Shown here: one piece after another, positions 40,631 to 50,892 of the stretch
How positions within the stretch are numbered: the first letter of the stretch is position 1
Layout: every line of letters begins with the position of its first letter
From: Halobacteriovoraceae bacterium
GTDB taxonomy: Bacteria; Bdellovibrionota; Bacteriovoracia; Bacteriovoracales; Bacteriovoracaceae
Assembly: GCA_963719505.1 (NCBI GenBank)
Contig: CAVRCF010000001.1
Coordinates: 864,001 to 928,000, forward strand
Direction of reading: 5' to 3'
Length of the DNA stretch: 64,000 nucleotides
The notes under the pieces: model-generated
The model's database searches: none
What the model was told of the DNA's origin: nothing
What the model saw: only the letters and a program-made list of their open reading frames with translations
Position numbers and translations under genes: made by a program

Positions 40631-41425
40631 ATGAGTGTTAAAATTCATCCAACAGCAATTGTTGAAGAGGGTGCCCAGTTCGGAGAAAATGTCATCATAG
40701 GACCATATTGTATGATTGGCCCGAACGTAAAGATCGGAAGTAATACGGTCTTAAAGTCTCATGTGGTTGTTGAAGGCCATACAACGATTGGAGAGAATAA
40801 TGAATTCCATCAGTTCTCATCTATAGGAGTGCCTCCCCAGGATAAGACTTATAAAGGAGAGCCGACTCAGACGATCATTGGTGACAATAATCTCTTTAGA
40901 GAAGGGGTTACAATTCACAGAGCCACAACGAAGCAAGACCTTAAAACAATTGTTGGAAGTAACGGCTACTATATGGCCAACGTGCATATCGCTCACGACT
41001 GCGTAATAGGAAATAATATAACTTTGGCCAATGCTACTATGTGTGCTGGGCATGTTATTATTGATGACTTTGTTCAAATGGGTGGAGCTTGCGGTGTCAC
41101 ACCTTTTTGTCATGTTGGACAGGGATCTTTCATCGGAGCAGCTTCTGCGATTGATAAAGATGTTCCTCAGTACACAACTGCTTTTGGAAATAGAATCAAA
41201 TTAAAAGGCGTTAATATTATTGGAATGAAAAGAAGAGGCCACTCAAAAGATAAGATTTCTGAGTACGTTGATTTTTTCAGAATGATGGAGTCTTCGGCTT
41301 TATCTCCGAAAGCTTTTGTGGATCATCCAGAGTTTATGGATGAATATAAAACAAATGAAATTGTTCAAGAAGTAGTCGCTTTCATTAAGAAAAGTGAAAT
41401 CGGTCTTGCTCCGTTCATGTCTTAA
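40631..41425 (+). CDS. lpxA: UDP-N-acetylglucosamine acyltransferase
   Basis: IHPTAIV, PQDKTYKGE, HIAHDC and hexapeptide repeats. Confidence 0.96.
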   Translation: MSVKIHPTAIVEEGAQFGENVIIGPYCMIGPNVKIGSNTVLKSHVVVEGHTTIGENNEFHQFSSIGVPPQDKTYKGEPTQTIIGDNNLFREGVTIHRATTKQDLKTIVGSNGYYMANVHIAHDCVIGNNITLANATMCAGHVIIDDFVQMGGACGVTPFCHVGQGSFIGAASAIDKDVPQYTTAFGNRIKLKGVNIIGMKRRGHSKDKISEYVDFFRMMESSALSPKAFVDHPEFMDEYKTNEIVQEVVAFIKKSEIGLAPFMS

Positions 41426-41440
41426 AAAGTAGAGGTTTAG

Positions 41441-42391
41441 ATGAGTAAAATAAAAGTTGCAGTTTTAGGTTATGGACACTTGGGAAAGTGGCATTGTCAA
41501 AAAGTAGATGTCTGTGAAGAATCTTTTCTTTATGCGATTGTTGAGCCGTTTGAAAAAAATCAAATAGCAGCACGAGAAAATCATCCAAGCGCTAAGATCG
41601 TCTCTAGTATTGATGAGGTCATTGATGAAATTGATGCAGGAATCATAGTTACGCCGACCTCAACACACTTTGAAATGGCAAAAATACTACTAGAAAATAA
41701 AAAACATATCTTCTGTGAAAAACCACTTTGTTCTTCTTCTGAGGAAGTGGCAAAACTTGTCCCACTTCTTTGCGAGGATAAGGTTTTTCAAGTTGGACAC
41801 AGTGAAAGATGTCATAAAGCTTGGGAAGAACTCAGTGGCTACTTTAACGATTTATCGGGGCCGTTTAGCGCTGACCTAAATCGAGTTGCAGCTTTCAAGG
41901 GGAGAGCTACGGATGTCGATGTTGTCCAAGATCTGATGATCCATGACTTAGATTTAGTTCTTTTTCTCCTCAAGAAGAAACCCATTAGTGTTAAGGCTTA
42001 TGGTCATAAAATTAGAACAATTAAGTGGGACCACGCTACGGCCATTTTAGATTTTAAAGATGGAAGTATGGCAAAGGTTACTTCAGGAAGAAACCACGTG
42101 AAAGAAATTAGAGCTTTTGAACTCATGAGCGAAAAAGGATGTCTCTATGTAGACCTTTTTGAGAACTCATATGCTATTGGTACAAGTTCGGAGTTTGATA
42201 ATGGAGAGTTTGTCGAAAAGAAGAATTACGAAAAAAGAGATCATCTTCTTATTGAACATCAAAGTTTCTACTCATCGATCATTAACAAAGAAGAGCCAAT
42301 GGTTACTTTTGAACAAGGTGCTGCGATCGTTGAGTTAATTGATAGCGTGCTAAAGTCTCTTGATAAGAATGAAAAAGTTCTTTTGGATTAA
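41441..42391 (+). CDS. Gfo/Idh/MocA oxidoreductase, GnnA-like
   Basis: GYGHLGKWH, EKP, QVGHSER and DLMIHDLD motifs; located between lpxA and lpxB. Confidence 0.8.
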   Translation: MSKIKVAVLGYGHLGKWHCQKVDVCEESFLYAIVEPFEKNQIAARENHPSAKIVSSIDEVIDEIDAGIIVTPTSTHFEMAKILLENKKHIFCEKPLCSSSEEVAKLVPLLCEDKVFQVGHSERCHKAWEELSGYFNDLSGPFSADLNRVAAFKGRATDVDVVQDLMIHDLDLVLFLLKKKPISVKAYGHKIRTIKWDHATAILDFKDGSMAKVTSGRNHVKEIRAFELMSEKGCLYVDLFENSYAIGTSSEFDNGEFVEKKNYEKRDHLLIEHQSFYSSIINKEEPMVTFEQGAAIVELIDSVLKSLDKNEKVLLD

Positions 42392-42393
42392 GA

Positions 42394-43527
42394 ATGTCTA
42401 ATTCTCAATGTCTCATTATTGCTGGAGAGAAGTCAGGGGAAGATCACGCTATGACTTTTTTTCCTGAGCTGAAATCGCTCGTTCCAAACACTCAGTTTTT
42501 TGGAGTGGGGGGAGATAAATTGCAAAAACAAGGCGTTGAGCTCCTTTACCACACCAGAGACTTTTCAAGTGTTGGTATTACCGAAGTGGTGGGAAAGCTT
42601 AGATTTTATTTTAAAGCATTAGATCTTATTGTTAATGAAGTAAAAAAAAGAAAGTGTAAGACCGCTATATTGGTTGATTTCCAAGGATTTAATTTAAAGC
42701 TCGCAAAAAAATTAAAGAAAATGAACGTTGATGTTCTTTATTATGTTGCTCCTCAAGCATGGGTTTGGAAGCCTTGGAGAGCGAAAGCTATTGAAAAAAA
42801 TGTCCATACGTTATTTACAATTCTTCCTTTTGAAAAGAAATGGTTTCAGGATAGAGGTGTCAAGAAAATCAAAGGGGTTATTCACCCTTTAAAGGTTGAG
42901 TATGGAGAAGCCATCTCATTAATACGCAAAAGAGAATTTTCAGACTTTCAAAATAGGAATATAAGACTTCTTCTCTTGCCAGGAAGTCGACGCTCTGAGA
43001 TAGAGAGTCTCTTTCCTATTTTTATTGAAGCGGTAAAGCTTCTCAAAGAAGAAGGCTTTAGTCTTGATATTGGTCTTGTAAAAGTTGAAACTGTGGATGA
43101 GAATCTCTACCAATCTGGACAAACGTCCCTTTCTAAAACTTGGGACTCCCATCAATTGGAAGAAGCTTTTGACTGGGCGGATATTTGTTTTGCTTCTAGT
43201 GGAACTGTAACATTAGCGACGGGTCTATTTCAATTACCCACTGTCGTGGCTTACAAAATATCTTTGATAAACGAATTTCTTTTAAAATTACTTATTCCTT
43301 ATAAAGGTCCTGCGAGTCTTACTAATATTATTTTAGACGAAATGGTCTTCCCTGAAGCTCTTCAGTACCAAGCAGATAGGTACAACTTAGCAAAGTTTGC
43401 TAGAGAACTCTTAACGAATGAACAGTACTATAATTCTACGATACAAAAACTATCTCAAACAAATGAGCTGATAAGTGGTGATGATTTTTCTACCCCAGAG
43501 TACATGGCAAAGGTGATTTTAAAGTGA
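42394..43527 (+). CDS. lpxB: Lipid-A-disaccharide synthase
   Basis: AGEKSGE, YYVAPQAWVW, ILPFE, LLPGSR and SGTVTL motifs. Confidence 0.95.
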   Translation: MSNSQCLIIAGEKSGEDHAMTFFPELKSLVPNTQFFGVGGDKLQKQGVELLYHTRDFSSVGITEVVGKLRFYFKALDLIVNEVKKRKCKTAILVDFQGFNLKLAKKLKKMNVDVLYYVAPQAWVWKPWRAKAIEKNVHTLFTILPFEKKWFQDRGVKKIKGVIHPLKVEYGEAISLIRKREFSDFQNRNIRLLLLPGSRRSEIESLFPIFIEAVKLLKEEGFSLDIGLVKVETVDENLYQSGQTSLSKTWDSHQLEEAFDWADICFASSGTVTLATGLFQLPTVVAYKISLINEFLLKLLIPYKGPASLTNIILDEMVFPEALQYQADRYNLAKFARELLTNEQYYNSTIQKLSQTNELISGDDFSTPEYMAKVILK

Positions 43528-44591
43528 GCACGATAAGATCCAAAATTTTAAAAACGACACTCTTGAAGCCACTATCGACTCTTTGGGAAAATGTATACCG
43601 AATGAGACGCTCGTTTTATGAATATGGAATATTGAAAAAGGAATATTTTAAGGTTCCTATTATTTCTGTCGGTAATATTACTTTCGGCGGTACGGGTAAA
43701 ACTCCAATGATTGTTTATTTAACTCAGAAAATGGCTGAGCTTGATTTAACTCCTGTTGTTTTAACCAGAGGATACAAAGGCGAACTTGAAAATGAATCCG
43801 GTATCATAAAGGGCGGTCAACGATTTAGATCTAACCCAAAAGAATTTGGAGACGAGCCTCTTCTTATCTCTAGAAAAATGGACCGAGGTGCTGTTATCGT
43901 TGGGAAGAGAAGAGCGCAGAACCTCAAGCGATATTTCCATGAAGTGTCGCCAGATGTCGTTTTCTTGGACGATGGGTTTCAGCATATTCAGCTGTATCGA
44001 TCATTTAATATTGTTCTTTTCGATGCGGCCCTTCCACTTGATCGCTATAAAACTGCACCGATGGGGTATCTCAGAGAGGGCCTAACGGCTTTGAAAGATG
44101 CTGATGCTATTGTGTTAAGTAGGGCTGATCAAGTCACAAGCGAGAAAATGGGCGAACTTCTCTCTCTTCTCAAGAGTTATCACAGAGAGGGAATACCCAT
44201 CGCTAAGTTTGGTTATAAGCCAGATGGACTTTTCGACAGTTTTGATAAAAAAGTATTCGCTATGGATGAGCTGCAAGGAAGAGAAGTTATAGCTTTGAGT
44301 GCTATTGCTTCGCCGGATTCTTTTTATCAGTTATTAGAAAGCCATGGTGCCTCTATAGTGGAAAAAATTGTCTACCCTGATCACTATCTTTTTACTCAAA
44401 ATGATATGAATGATGTTCTTTTGAAAAGTGCTCAAAGAAATGCTCTCGTTGTTACCAGTGAAAAGGACATGGTTAAAGTGCGACGAGTAATCCAAGACGA
44501 TAGGATCGTCTATGTTAATATATCAGTCTCTTTTGTTTCAGGAGAGGAAGAGCTTATGAATGGATTAAGACAAGTTATTCATCTTGATTAA
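43524..44591 (+). CDS. lpxK: Tetraacyldisaccharide 4'-kinase
   Basis: VGNITFGGTGKTP, RGY, GDEP, LDDGFQH and TSEKD motifs. Confidence 0.95.
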   Translation: MSTIRSKILKTTLLKPLSTLWENVYRMRRSFYEYGILKKEYFKVPIISVGNITFGGTGKTPMIVYLTQKMAELDLTPVVLTRGYKGELENESGIIKGGQRFRSNPKEFGDEPLLISRKMDRGAVIVGKRRAQNLKRYFHEVSPDVVFLDDGFQHIQLYRSFNIVLFDAALPLDRYKTAPMGYLREGLTALKDADAIVLSRADQVTSEKMGELLSLLKSYHREGIPIAKFGYKPDGLFDSFDKKVFAMDELQGREVIALSAIASPDSFYQLLESHGASIVEKIVYPDHYLFTQNDMNDVLLKSAQRNALVVTSEKDMVKVRRVIQDDRIVYVNISVSFVSGEEELMNGLRQVIHLD

Positions 44592-44639
44592 GATTATAAT
44601 TGGCTTACAATAAGACAATATTTTTATTAAGGCGAATCT

Positions 44640-45701
44640 ATGAAACAAAACGTTTTTACTCTGGTATCTACTCTTTTACTTCTTTCAAGTTGTTCGAGTT
44701 CCATCAGTGATTATTTTAAGAAAAAAGAAAATTCGAAAGTAAGAAATGAAGAATTAATAAAGTCTTTTGAAGGTGAAGAAGAAGTTCTAGAGAAGTTTAC
44801 AGAAAAGGAAATACCTCCAGTCGTCGAGAAGGTAGAAAAGAAACCAAAGAAAGATGTAAAGAAAATCTCTCAAAAGAAAACTCCTGTAAAGACGGTGGTC
44901 AAAGTTGTTCCTAAAAAAGTTGTTATAAAGAAATCGAAGTACCCAAAAGATCATCCTCCCGAACTTATTGCTATAGACAAGTTGACTCGTAAGTTTTGGA
45001 CATCATTTAAGCCGACTCTTTTTGTGGGTGAACAAGTTATTATGGATATCAATTACATGGGAGTGAGCACAGGAAAAATTGCAATTACAACAATGCCTTC
45101 AAAAGAGATTGGAGGAATTGATACCTATCACTTTCATGCCAGAGCAAAAACTTCTTCATACTACTCATACCTTTATGAACTCGACGATAATGTCGATTCC
45201 TATGTCGATAAAAGTAGTTTTACTCCTGTAAAGTTTAGTTTAATACAAAGAGAGTCAGGGCAAAACATAGATGATCTTCAGTTATTCGATAAAGACAAAC
45301 TGAAAAGTTATATCTTTTATAAAAGAGATAGAGACGGTAAAATTAAAAAGAAAAAAGAAGTCGAACCTACTCCTATGCGATTTCAAGATGCCTTCTCCAT
45401 TCTTTTTTTCCTGAGAGGACTCCCCTATAACAGTCAAGAAATTTATACTGTTCCAATGATGAATAAAGGAAAGGTTCTTCTTTTACAAGCCAAGTCCGGT
45501 GGAATTGAAGAAATTGACACAGAGATCGGAAAGATGAAAGCGATAAAAGTTATCGCATCGACTCAGTACTCGGGTGACACTCTTAAAAGTGGAGATATGA
45601 CTTTTTGGTTTTCAGCCGACGATAAAAGAATATTTTTAAAATTTGCAGCTAAAATAAAGATAGGTTCTATCAGCGGCGAAATCGAAAAATATGAGAGATA
45701 G
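44640..45701 (+). CDS. Lipoprotein with Lys-rich linker and DUF3108-like beta domain
   Basis: Lipobox LSSC; GEQ...Y.GV..G, WFSADDKRI and IKIGSI pattern. Confidence 0.65.
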   Translation: MKQNVFTLVSTLLLLSSCSSSISDYFKKKENSKVRNEELIKSFEGEEEVLEKFTEKEIPPVVEKVEKKPKKDVKKISQKKTPVKTVVKVVPKKVVIKKSKYPKDHPPELIAIDKLTRKFWTSFKPTLFVGEQVIMDINYMGVSTGKIAITTMPSKEIGGIDTYHFHARAKTSSYYSYLYELDDNVDSYVDKSSFTPVKFSLIQRESGQNIDDLQLFDKDKLKSYIFYKRDRDGKIKKKKEVEPTPMRFQDAFSILFFLRGLPYNSQEIYTVPMMNKGKVLLLQAKSGGIEEIDTEIGKMKAIKVIASTQYSGDTLKSGDMTFWFSADDKRIFLKFAAKIKIGSISGEIEKYER

Positions 45702-46815
45702 AGTTACCTCCAAAAACTTAAAAATTCTTATTGTCTGTCCCAGTCAAAGTTTTACTTCTGTTGATCAAAAAGCAATTTCTGATGCGCTCTATCTCCGAGA
45801 TATTGGGGGAAATCCAACTCTGTACTGTTTAAAAGATTCTTTTATTGAAAGGGAGGCAGAGAGTCTGTCTTTAACTCGAATTTTGTTTAGAGGTGTTAAG
45901 TCGCCAAGGCTCCTTCACATTAGTTATTTTTTAGATATTAGAAAAGTCTTAAAAGAAGATGACTGGGATGTTGTCCACTGTTATCACAGGTCATCTCTTT
46001 GGTCGTTATGTCTTTGGCTTTTTTATAAATCGAAGACAGCCTTGTTCTTTAGTTTTAATGAATTTTTCACAAGAAGCGCACCAGTTTTCTGGGCACCCTT
46101 TTTGCTAAAAAGAGTTGATGGCGTTTTTACATTTGGAGAGACTGTTTCTCAGAAGTTTCATCAACACTTTCAATACCCGTTAAGGAAAATTTTCAACACC
46201 GGTTCTGGCGTTGAACTGGGAATGCCTATCAATCAAAGACTTGAGCACTTTACAATTGGAGCCTTTCTCAACGACGAAAGTGAAATTGATAACTATAGAA
46301 CCTTATTGTTTTCTCTATCAGGGATAAAAGAGTCACTGACAGAGAGCGAGATTCGAATCAATATAAAAACCTTTAAGCCTATCAAGGATTTTTATCTTTA
46401 TAGTGAGGTTAAAAAGTACTCAGACTCCTTAGGGCTGACTGATAGCATTAACTATATCGATTGCTCCAATGATCAGTTCTTTCGTTCTATAAACTTTTTT
46501 GTCTCCTTCGCCTTTCATGAACCGGTGAACTGTCATGAGATAAAAGCGTTAAAGACTGGGTTAAAGGTCGTTGCGCCGCGCACCGCATTTCGGGCAGAAA
46601 TGTGTGAGTGCTCAAACATCAAAGCACTAGAGACCTACTATTTTCAAGATGCTAGGGCCTTCAAAGAAGCCGTTTTAAAGCTTGTTGAGGATCAAACTGA
46701 ACAAGAGGTGCAATTTGAGCAAAATCAAGAGTTGGAGGCCTACATCGATATTATTCATTCCCAATATGAGTTAGCTTTTGAAGCCCGTGGTAGACTTGGT
46801 GCCATAAGATCCTAA
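45691..46815 (+). CDS. Divergent GT-B (GT4-like) glycosyltransferase-fold protein
   Basis: WDVVHCYH, GVE and EP.......ALKTGLKVVA segments; second Glu of E-x7-E replaced by Lys. Confidence 0.55.
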   Translation: MRDRVTSKNLKILIVCPSQSFTSVDQKAISDALYLRDIGGNPTLYCLKDSFIEREAESLSLTRILFRGVKSPRLLHISYFLDIRKVLKEDDWDVVHCYHRSSLWSLCLWLFYKSKTALFFSFNEFFTRSAPVFWAPFLLKRVDGVFTFGETVSQKFHQHFQYPLRKIFNTGSGVELGMPINQRLEHFTIGAFLNDESEIDNYRTLLFSLSGIKESLTESEIRINIKTFKPIKDFYLYSEVKKYSDSLGLTDSINYIDCSNDQFFRSINFFVSFAFHEPVNCHEIKALKTGLKVVAPRTAFRAEMCECSNIKALETYYFQDARAFKEAVLKLVEDQTEQEVQFEQNQELEAYIDIIHSQYELAFEARGRLGAIRS

Positions 46816-46840
46816 AACCCTAATTAACCGGTCGTTTTCA

Positions 46841-46869
46841 TTGACTAAATTGGCTTTAGAGCTTATAAA
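46841..46869 (+). promoter_or_regulatory. Putative sigma70 promoter of rpsA
   Basis: TTGACT-N17-TATAAA. Confidence 0.65.
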
Positions 46870-46948
46870 GTCACATCTTTAAAATTGTATTTTACAAGGT
46901 TTAAAGACTTCGTTTTTAACGAAGCTATTAAAATTTAAGGTGGTCACT

Positions 46949-48670
46949 ATGACAACTATGCAAATCCCCGCGTGGGCAAAAGAATTTGAGGTTGTAACAG
47001 CAGCAGAAGCTGAAACAACAAATGTAAACGAAGAGTTTGAGGCTCTTTTAGGTAAAGCTACAACTGGTAACTTTATTGAAGGTGAAGTTTATAAAGGAAA
47101 AGTAATTTTTGTTACTGATGACTTTGTAACTGTTGACATCGGATATAAGCAAGAAGGTTTAGTTTTCGCAAAAGAATTTAGAAACTATGACGGTACTTTA
47201 AAAGTAGCTGTTGATGATGAAATTGAAGTTTATCTTGAAAAACTTGAGTCTCATCTTGGTAACTTAGTTCTCTCTAAAGACAAAGCAGAAATACTTAAAG
47301 CTTGGGATAAAATCTCTGAAGCTTGTGATAAAGGTGATCCGGTTAAAGGAACAGTTATCGCTAAAGTTAAGGGTGGTTTATCAGTAGATATCGGTGTTAA
47401 GGCTTTCTTACCTGGTTCACAAATTGATATTCGTCCAACTAAAAATCTTGATAAATTCATTGGTAAAAACATGGAATTCAAAGTTATTAAGTTTAACAAG
47501 AAACGTGGAAACATCGTTCTTTCTAGAAGAGCAATTCTTCAAGAAGAAAGAGGGAAGTTAAGAGACGAGACACTAGGTCAAATCCAAGAGGGTATGATTG
47601 TTAAAGGTATCGTTAAAAATATCACTGACTACGGTGCATTTATTGACCTTGGTGGTGTTGATGGTCTTCTTCACATTACAGATATGTCATGGGGAAGAGT
47701 TAAGCATCCATCTAACCTTCTAGCTGTTGGTGATGAGATTGATGTTAAGATCCTTAAGTATGACTCTTCGAAAGAAAGAGTTTCTCTAGGTCTTAAGCAA
47801 GTTCAACCAAACCCTTGGGAAACTGCGAAAGATAACTACACTGCAGGAACAAAAGTTTCTGGAGAAATCGTTTCAGTTAAAGACTATGGAATTTTCGTTG
47901 AACTTAATGATGGAATCGAAGGTCTTGTTCACGTTTCTGAAGTTTCATGGACAAACCCTAAGGGACCAATCAAAGGTCACAATGTAGGTGATACTATTGA
48001 AGCACAAGTTCTTGAAGTAGATGTTGAGAACAAGAGAATCTCTCTTGGACTTAAGCAACTTCTAGATAACCCTTGGAAAGCTCTTTCAGAAAAATACCCA
48101 GTAGGTAAAGAAGTTGAAGGAACTGTTAAAGCGATCGTTGACTTTGGTGTATTCGTTGATCTTGGAGATGATATTGACGCTTTAATTCACGTTTCTGATA
48201 TTTCTTGGACAAGAAAAAACATTAATCCAAATGATGAATTTAAAGTTGGGGACAAAGTAAAAGCAGTTGTTTTAACTGTTGACTCTGAAACTTCTAAATT
48301 CTGTTTAGGTATTAAGCAACTTGACGAAGATCCTTGGAAGAAAATTGACCAAAGACTACCAGTTGGTATGTTGTTGAAGGTGAAGTTGTAAGAGTAACTG
48401 ACTTTGGTGCTTTTGTTGAACTTGAAACTGGTATTGAAGGTCTAATCCACATCTCTGAACTATAGTGACGAGAGAGTTGAGAAGCCGGAAGATGTAGTTA
48501 AAGTTGGAGAAAAAGTTAAAGCTCTAGTTATGTCTATCGATAAAGCTGATAAGAAAATTGCTCTATCTAAAAAGAATGCAGCTAACGCTGACCTTGGTGG
48601 ATACAGTAAAGAAGAATCTGGAAGTACTTCTGCTCTAGCAGAAAAGCTGAAAGGTTTCTCAGTAGACTAA
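46949..48670 (+). CDS. rpsA: 30S ribosomal protein S1 (compensating indels near 48369 and 48463; probably sequencing errors)
   Basis: Repeated S1 domains ([15 protein letters not shown]); sixth domain [22 protein letters not shown] lies in a shifted frame; original frame resumes and stops at 48670. Confidence 0.95.
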
Positions 48671-48694
48671 AATTAATAAATTTAGATACTTAAG

Positions 48695-48724
48695 AAGGGC
48701 TCTCCAATTGGAGGGCCTTTTTTT
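48695..48724 (+). terminator. Rho-independent terminator of rpsA
   Basis: GGGCTCTCC-AATT-GGAGGGCC + T7. Confidence 0.88.
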
Positions 48725-48738
48725 GGTCTTTTTTACAA

Positions 48739-48766
48739 TAAACCTCAGAATTGTTGTTGTCGAAAG
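48739..48766 (+). promoter_or_regulatory. Putative sigma28-type promoter
   Basis: TAAA-N16-GTCGAAAG upstream of the gene at 48807. Confidence 0.35.
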
Positions 48767-48806
48767 CAAATACGAGTAAAACCTCCAAAAAACAATGGAG
48801 GAATTT

Positions 48807-49340
48807 ATGAAATCGAAAATAATGAATTTTGCTGTCGCACTATCAATTCTTTTTATGAGTCAGCTTATCACTTCAAAGAAATCAGAAGCAGCAATTGGTC
48901 TATTGATGGGCAAGAAAACAGCTGTTACGGTTGGTGGTATCTCAACAGGTACAGTAGCTGTCTCTTTAGTTCTCACTCAGGCAGGTGCTTTTACTTTTTC
49001 TTTGGGCGGAGCTGTTCTTTATGCATTGGGAGTTTACGTTTTTGGAGGTCTTGGACTAATTATCTTGGATGATGATAAGCTGGCTGATATTGAATTTCAA
49101 AAAGTGAAAGGCGATGAGCTGAATGACAAATTTGATAGTGAGGCGATTGCTATCTATAATGATGAGATTGAACAATTGAATGCAATAAGAAAAACAATGC
49201 AGTCGGAACTAACAGATGATTCATCTCTGGAAGAATCAAAAAATTTATGGAGTCAATACAGTAGTTACCTTAGCCCAGAGACAATAGAAATCGCTGGTGA
49301 AATGGCCGATAGGTTTGTTTCTAGAATTAGAGTAAAATAG
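48807..49340 (+). CDS. Secreted/membrane protein with Gly-rich hydrophobic hairpin (paralog of 51831)
   Basis: GGAGG RBS; signal peptide ending SEA; about 55-aa hydrophobic stretch; LNAIRKTxQSEL shared with 51831. Confidence 0.8.
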   Translation: MKSKIMNFAVALSILFMSQLITSKKSEAAIGLLMGKKTAVTVGGISTGTVAVSLVLTQAGAFTFSLGGAVLYALGVYVFGGLGLIILDDDKLADIEFQKVKGDELNDKFDSEAIAIYNDEIEQLNAIRKTMQSELTDDSSLEESKNLWSQYSSYLSPETIEIAGEMADRFVSRIRVK

Positions 49341-49357
49341 TTTTATATCAAAAATGG

Positions 49358-49385
49358 CCGGTTTCATTTTGGAACCGGTAAATTT
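49358..49385 (+). terminator. Hairpin, possible terminator
   Basis: CCGGTTTC-ATTTT-GGAACCGG. Confidence 0.5.
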
Positions 49386-49452
49386 CCCTCTAATATGACA
49401 TTCCATATTGTGATAGAGTAAAAGCATATAGATTCTAAATTTTGAGGTATAT

Positions 49453-50799
49453 ATGACTAAATTACTTGCACTTATTTCTATGACCCTTTTCTCTCTATCC
49501 GCCTTGGCCAATTTGCATCTCGCGCCACCGAGTTTTGATTACAAAGATGGCAAAGCTGTCTTCATGGACATTACCGAGGGCACTTATGACATTAAATACT
49601 TCCCTTCAAAGTTGAGTTCGAGTGTGAAAACAACATGGAAAGTTAATCTTGCACAAGAGGGCTATCCACTTTTTGATTTTGTTCCTTCAAGAATTGGAAT
49701 AAAAGTAAATGGTCAGTGGGCGAGATTTTCAAGTGTTGATTCTCCTGATGGGGTTACGAGTTACAGAGTTATAAATACTAAGCTAAAAGCTGGAAGTCAT
49801 ACGATTGAACTTTACACAAAAGTGAAAAGAGGAACAACTTACGGTTACAAATCTGTTAACTCTGGCTTCTTCATAAAAGATCTTTCAGAGAAAAAGTTTT
49901 TAGAAAAATATGTACCAGCAAATCTTGAGTACGATCAGTATCCAATCACTTTCAACGTCAAAATCTATTCGAGCTATAAGCACAAAGTTATCGCCAACGG
50001 CTCTATAGTAGAGACAGGTTGGAACGCTTATACTGTAAAATATCCAAGTTGGTATTCTTCTTCATCTGTATACTTCCATACATTCAAAAAAGGTAAGTAT
50101 TGGTGGATCTATAAAGAGTTTAAATCAATCTCTGGAGAGACTATTCCTGTCACGATTTATACAAAATGGTTTTTAAATGCAGATAAGTTTTTAGCAAAAA
50201 CTCAAAAAGTTTTCCATGAACTTGAAGCTGATTATGGAGCCTATCCCCATAAACATCTTATTATCTATGGTATGGCGTTGAGAGGTGGAATGGAATATCC
50301 AGGAGCCACAGCGACAAGTTTGGTTTCACTAGGCCATGAGATGTTTCATTTTTATTTTGCAAAATCAGTTATTCCAGCAAATGGGAATTCAGGCTGGATG
50401 GATGAAGGGTTAGCTTCTTGGAGAGACAAAGGATACCAAACTTTAAATGCACCTACTCATGGAGCTTTTAACTTAGGAAATCATTCACTATACAAAAGAA
50501 ACACAGACGATAATTCATACAAAGTTGGAAGAGGATTCTTCGCCTTTTTAAACTCAAAAGTTAATCTTAAAGCTTTGCTAAGGGATTATTTTTCAGAGTA
50601 TAAAAACTCACTTGTAACAACTGATAGCATGATCAACTTCTTTGAGGGACAAACAGGTCAATCTTTAAGAGGTGATTTCGATCAATATGTTTTAAACTCT
50701 AGTTTTTCCTCAAAAAGAGCAAACTATGTTGAAAAAGAAGCGGATGAAAATCTCCATCATATCGACTACACCCAAGAGGAACTAGACGAAATTTTATAG
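49453..50799 (+). CDS. Secreted M1-like (gluzincin) aminopeptidase
   Basis: Signal peptide; GGMEY, HEMFH and downstream WMDEG motifs. Confidence 0.88.
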   Translation: MTKLLALISMTLFSLSALANLHLAPPSFDYKDGKAVFMDITEGTYDIKYFPSKLSSSVKTTWKVNLAQEGYPLFDFVPSRIGIKVNGQWARFSSVDSPDGVTSYRVINTKLKAGSHTIELYTKVKRGTTYGYKSVNSGFFIKDLSEKKFLEKYVPANLEYDQYPITFNVKIYSSYKHKVIANGSIVETGWNAYTVKYPSWYSSSSVYFHTFKKGKYWWIYKEFKSISGETIPVTIYTKWFLNADKFLAKTQKVFHELEADYGAYPHKHLIIYGMALRGGMEYPGATATSLVSLGHEMFHFYFAKSVIPANGNSGWMDEGLASWRDKGYQTLNAPTHGAFNLGNHSLYKRNTDDNSYKVGRGFFAFLNSKVNLKALLRDYFSEYKNSLVTTDSMINFFEGQTGQSLRGDFDQYVLNSSFSSKRANYVEKEADENLHHIDYTQEELDEIL

Positions 50800-50820
50800 T
50801 CTAAGTCGTTGTTTTTTCAT

Positions 50821-50854
50821 GAGCTTGTCTGTATAAATTGCACAAGCTCTCTTT
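50821..50854 (+). terminator. Inverted repeat, possible terminator
   Basis: GAGCTTGT...ACAAGCTC. Confidence 0.5.
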
Positions 50855-50892
50855 AAAATTGATCAAAATTCTAAAAACGCTATCATGCGACC

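Noticed and set aside
36231..48670. Programmed recoding or an alternative genetic code explaining broken bamA and rpsA
   Set aside because: Breaks are mixed-direction indels without slippery/SD signals, and neighbouring genes translate normally with standard stops
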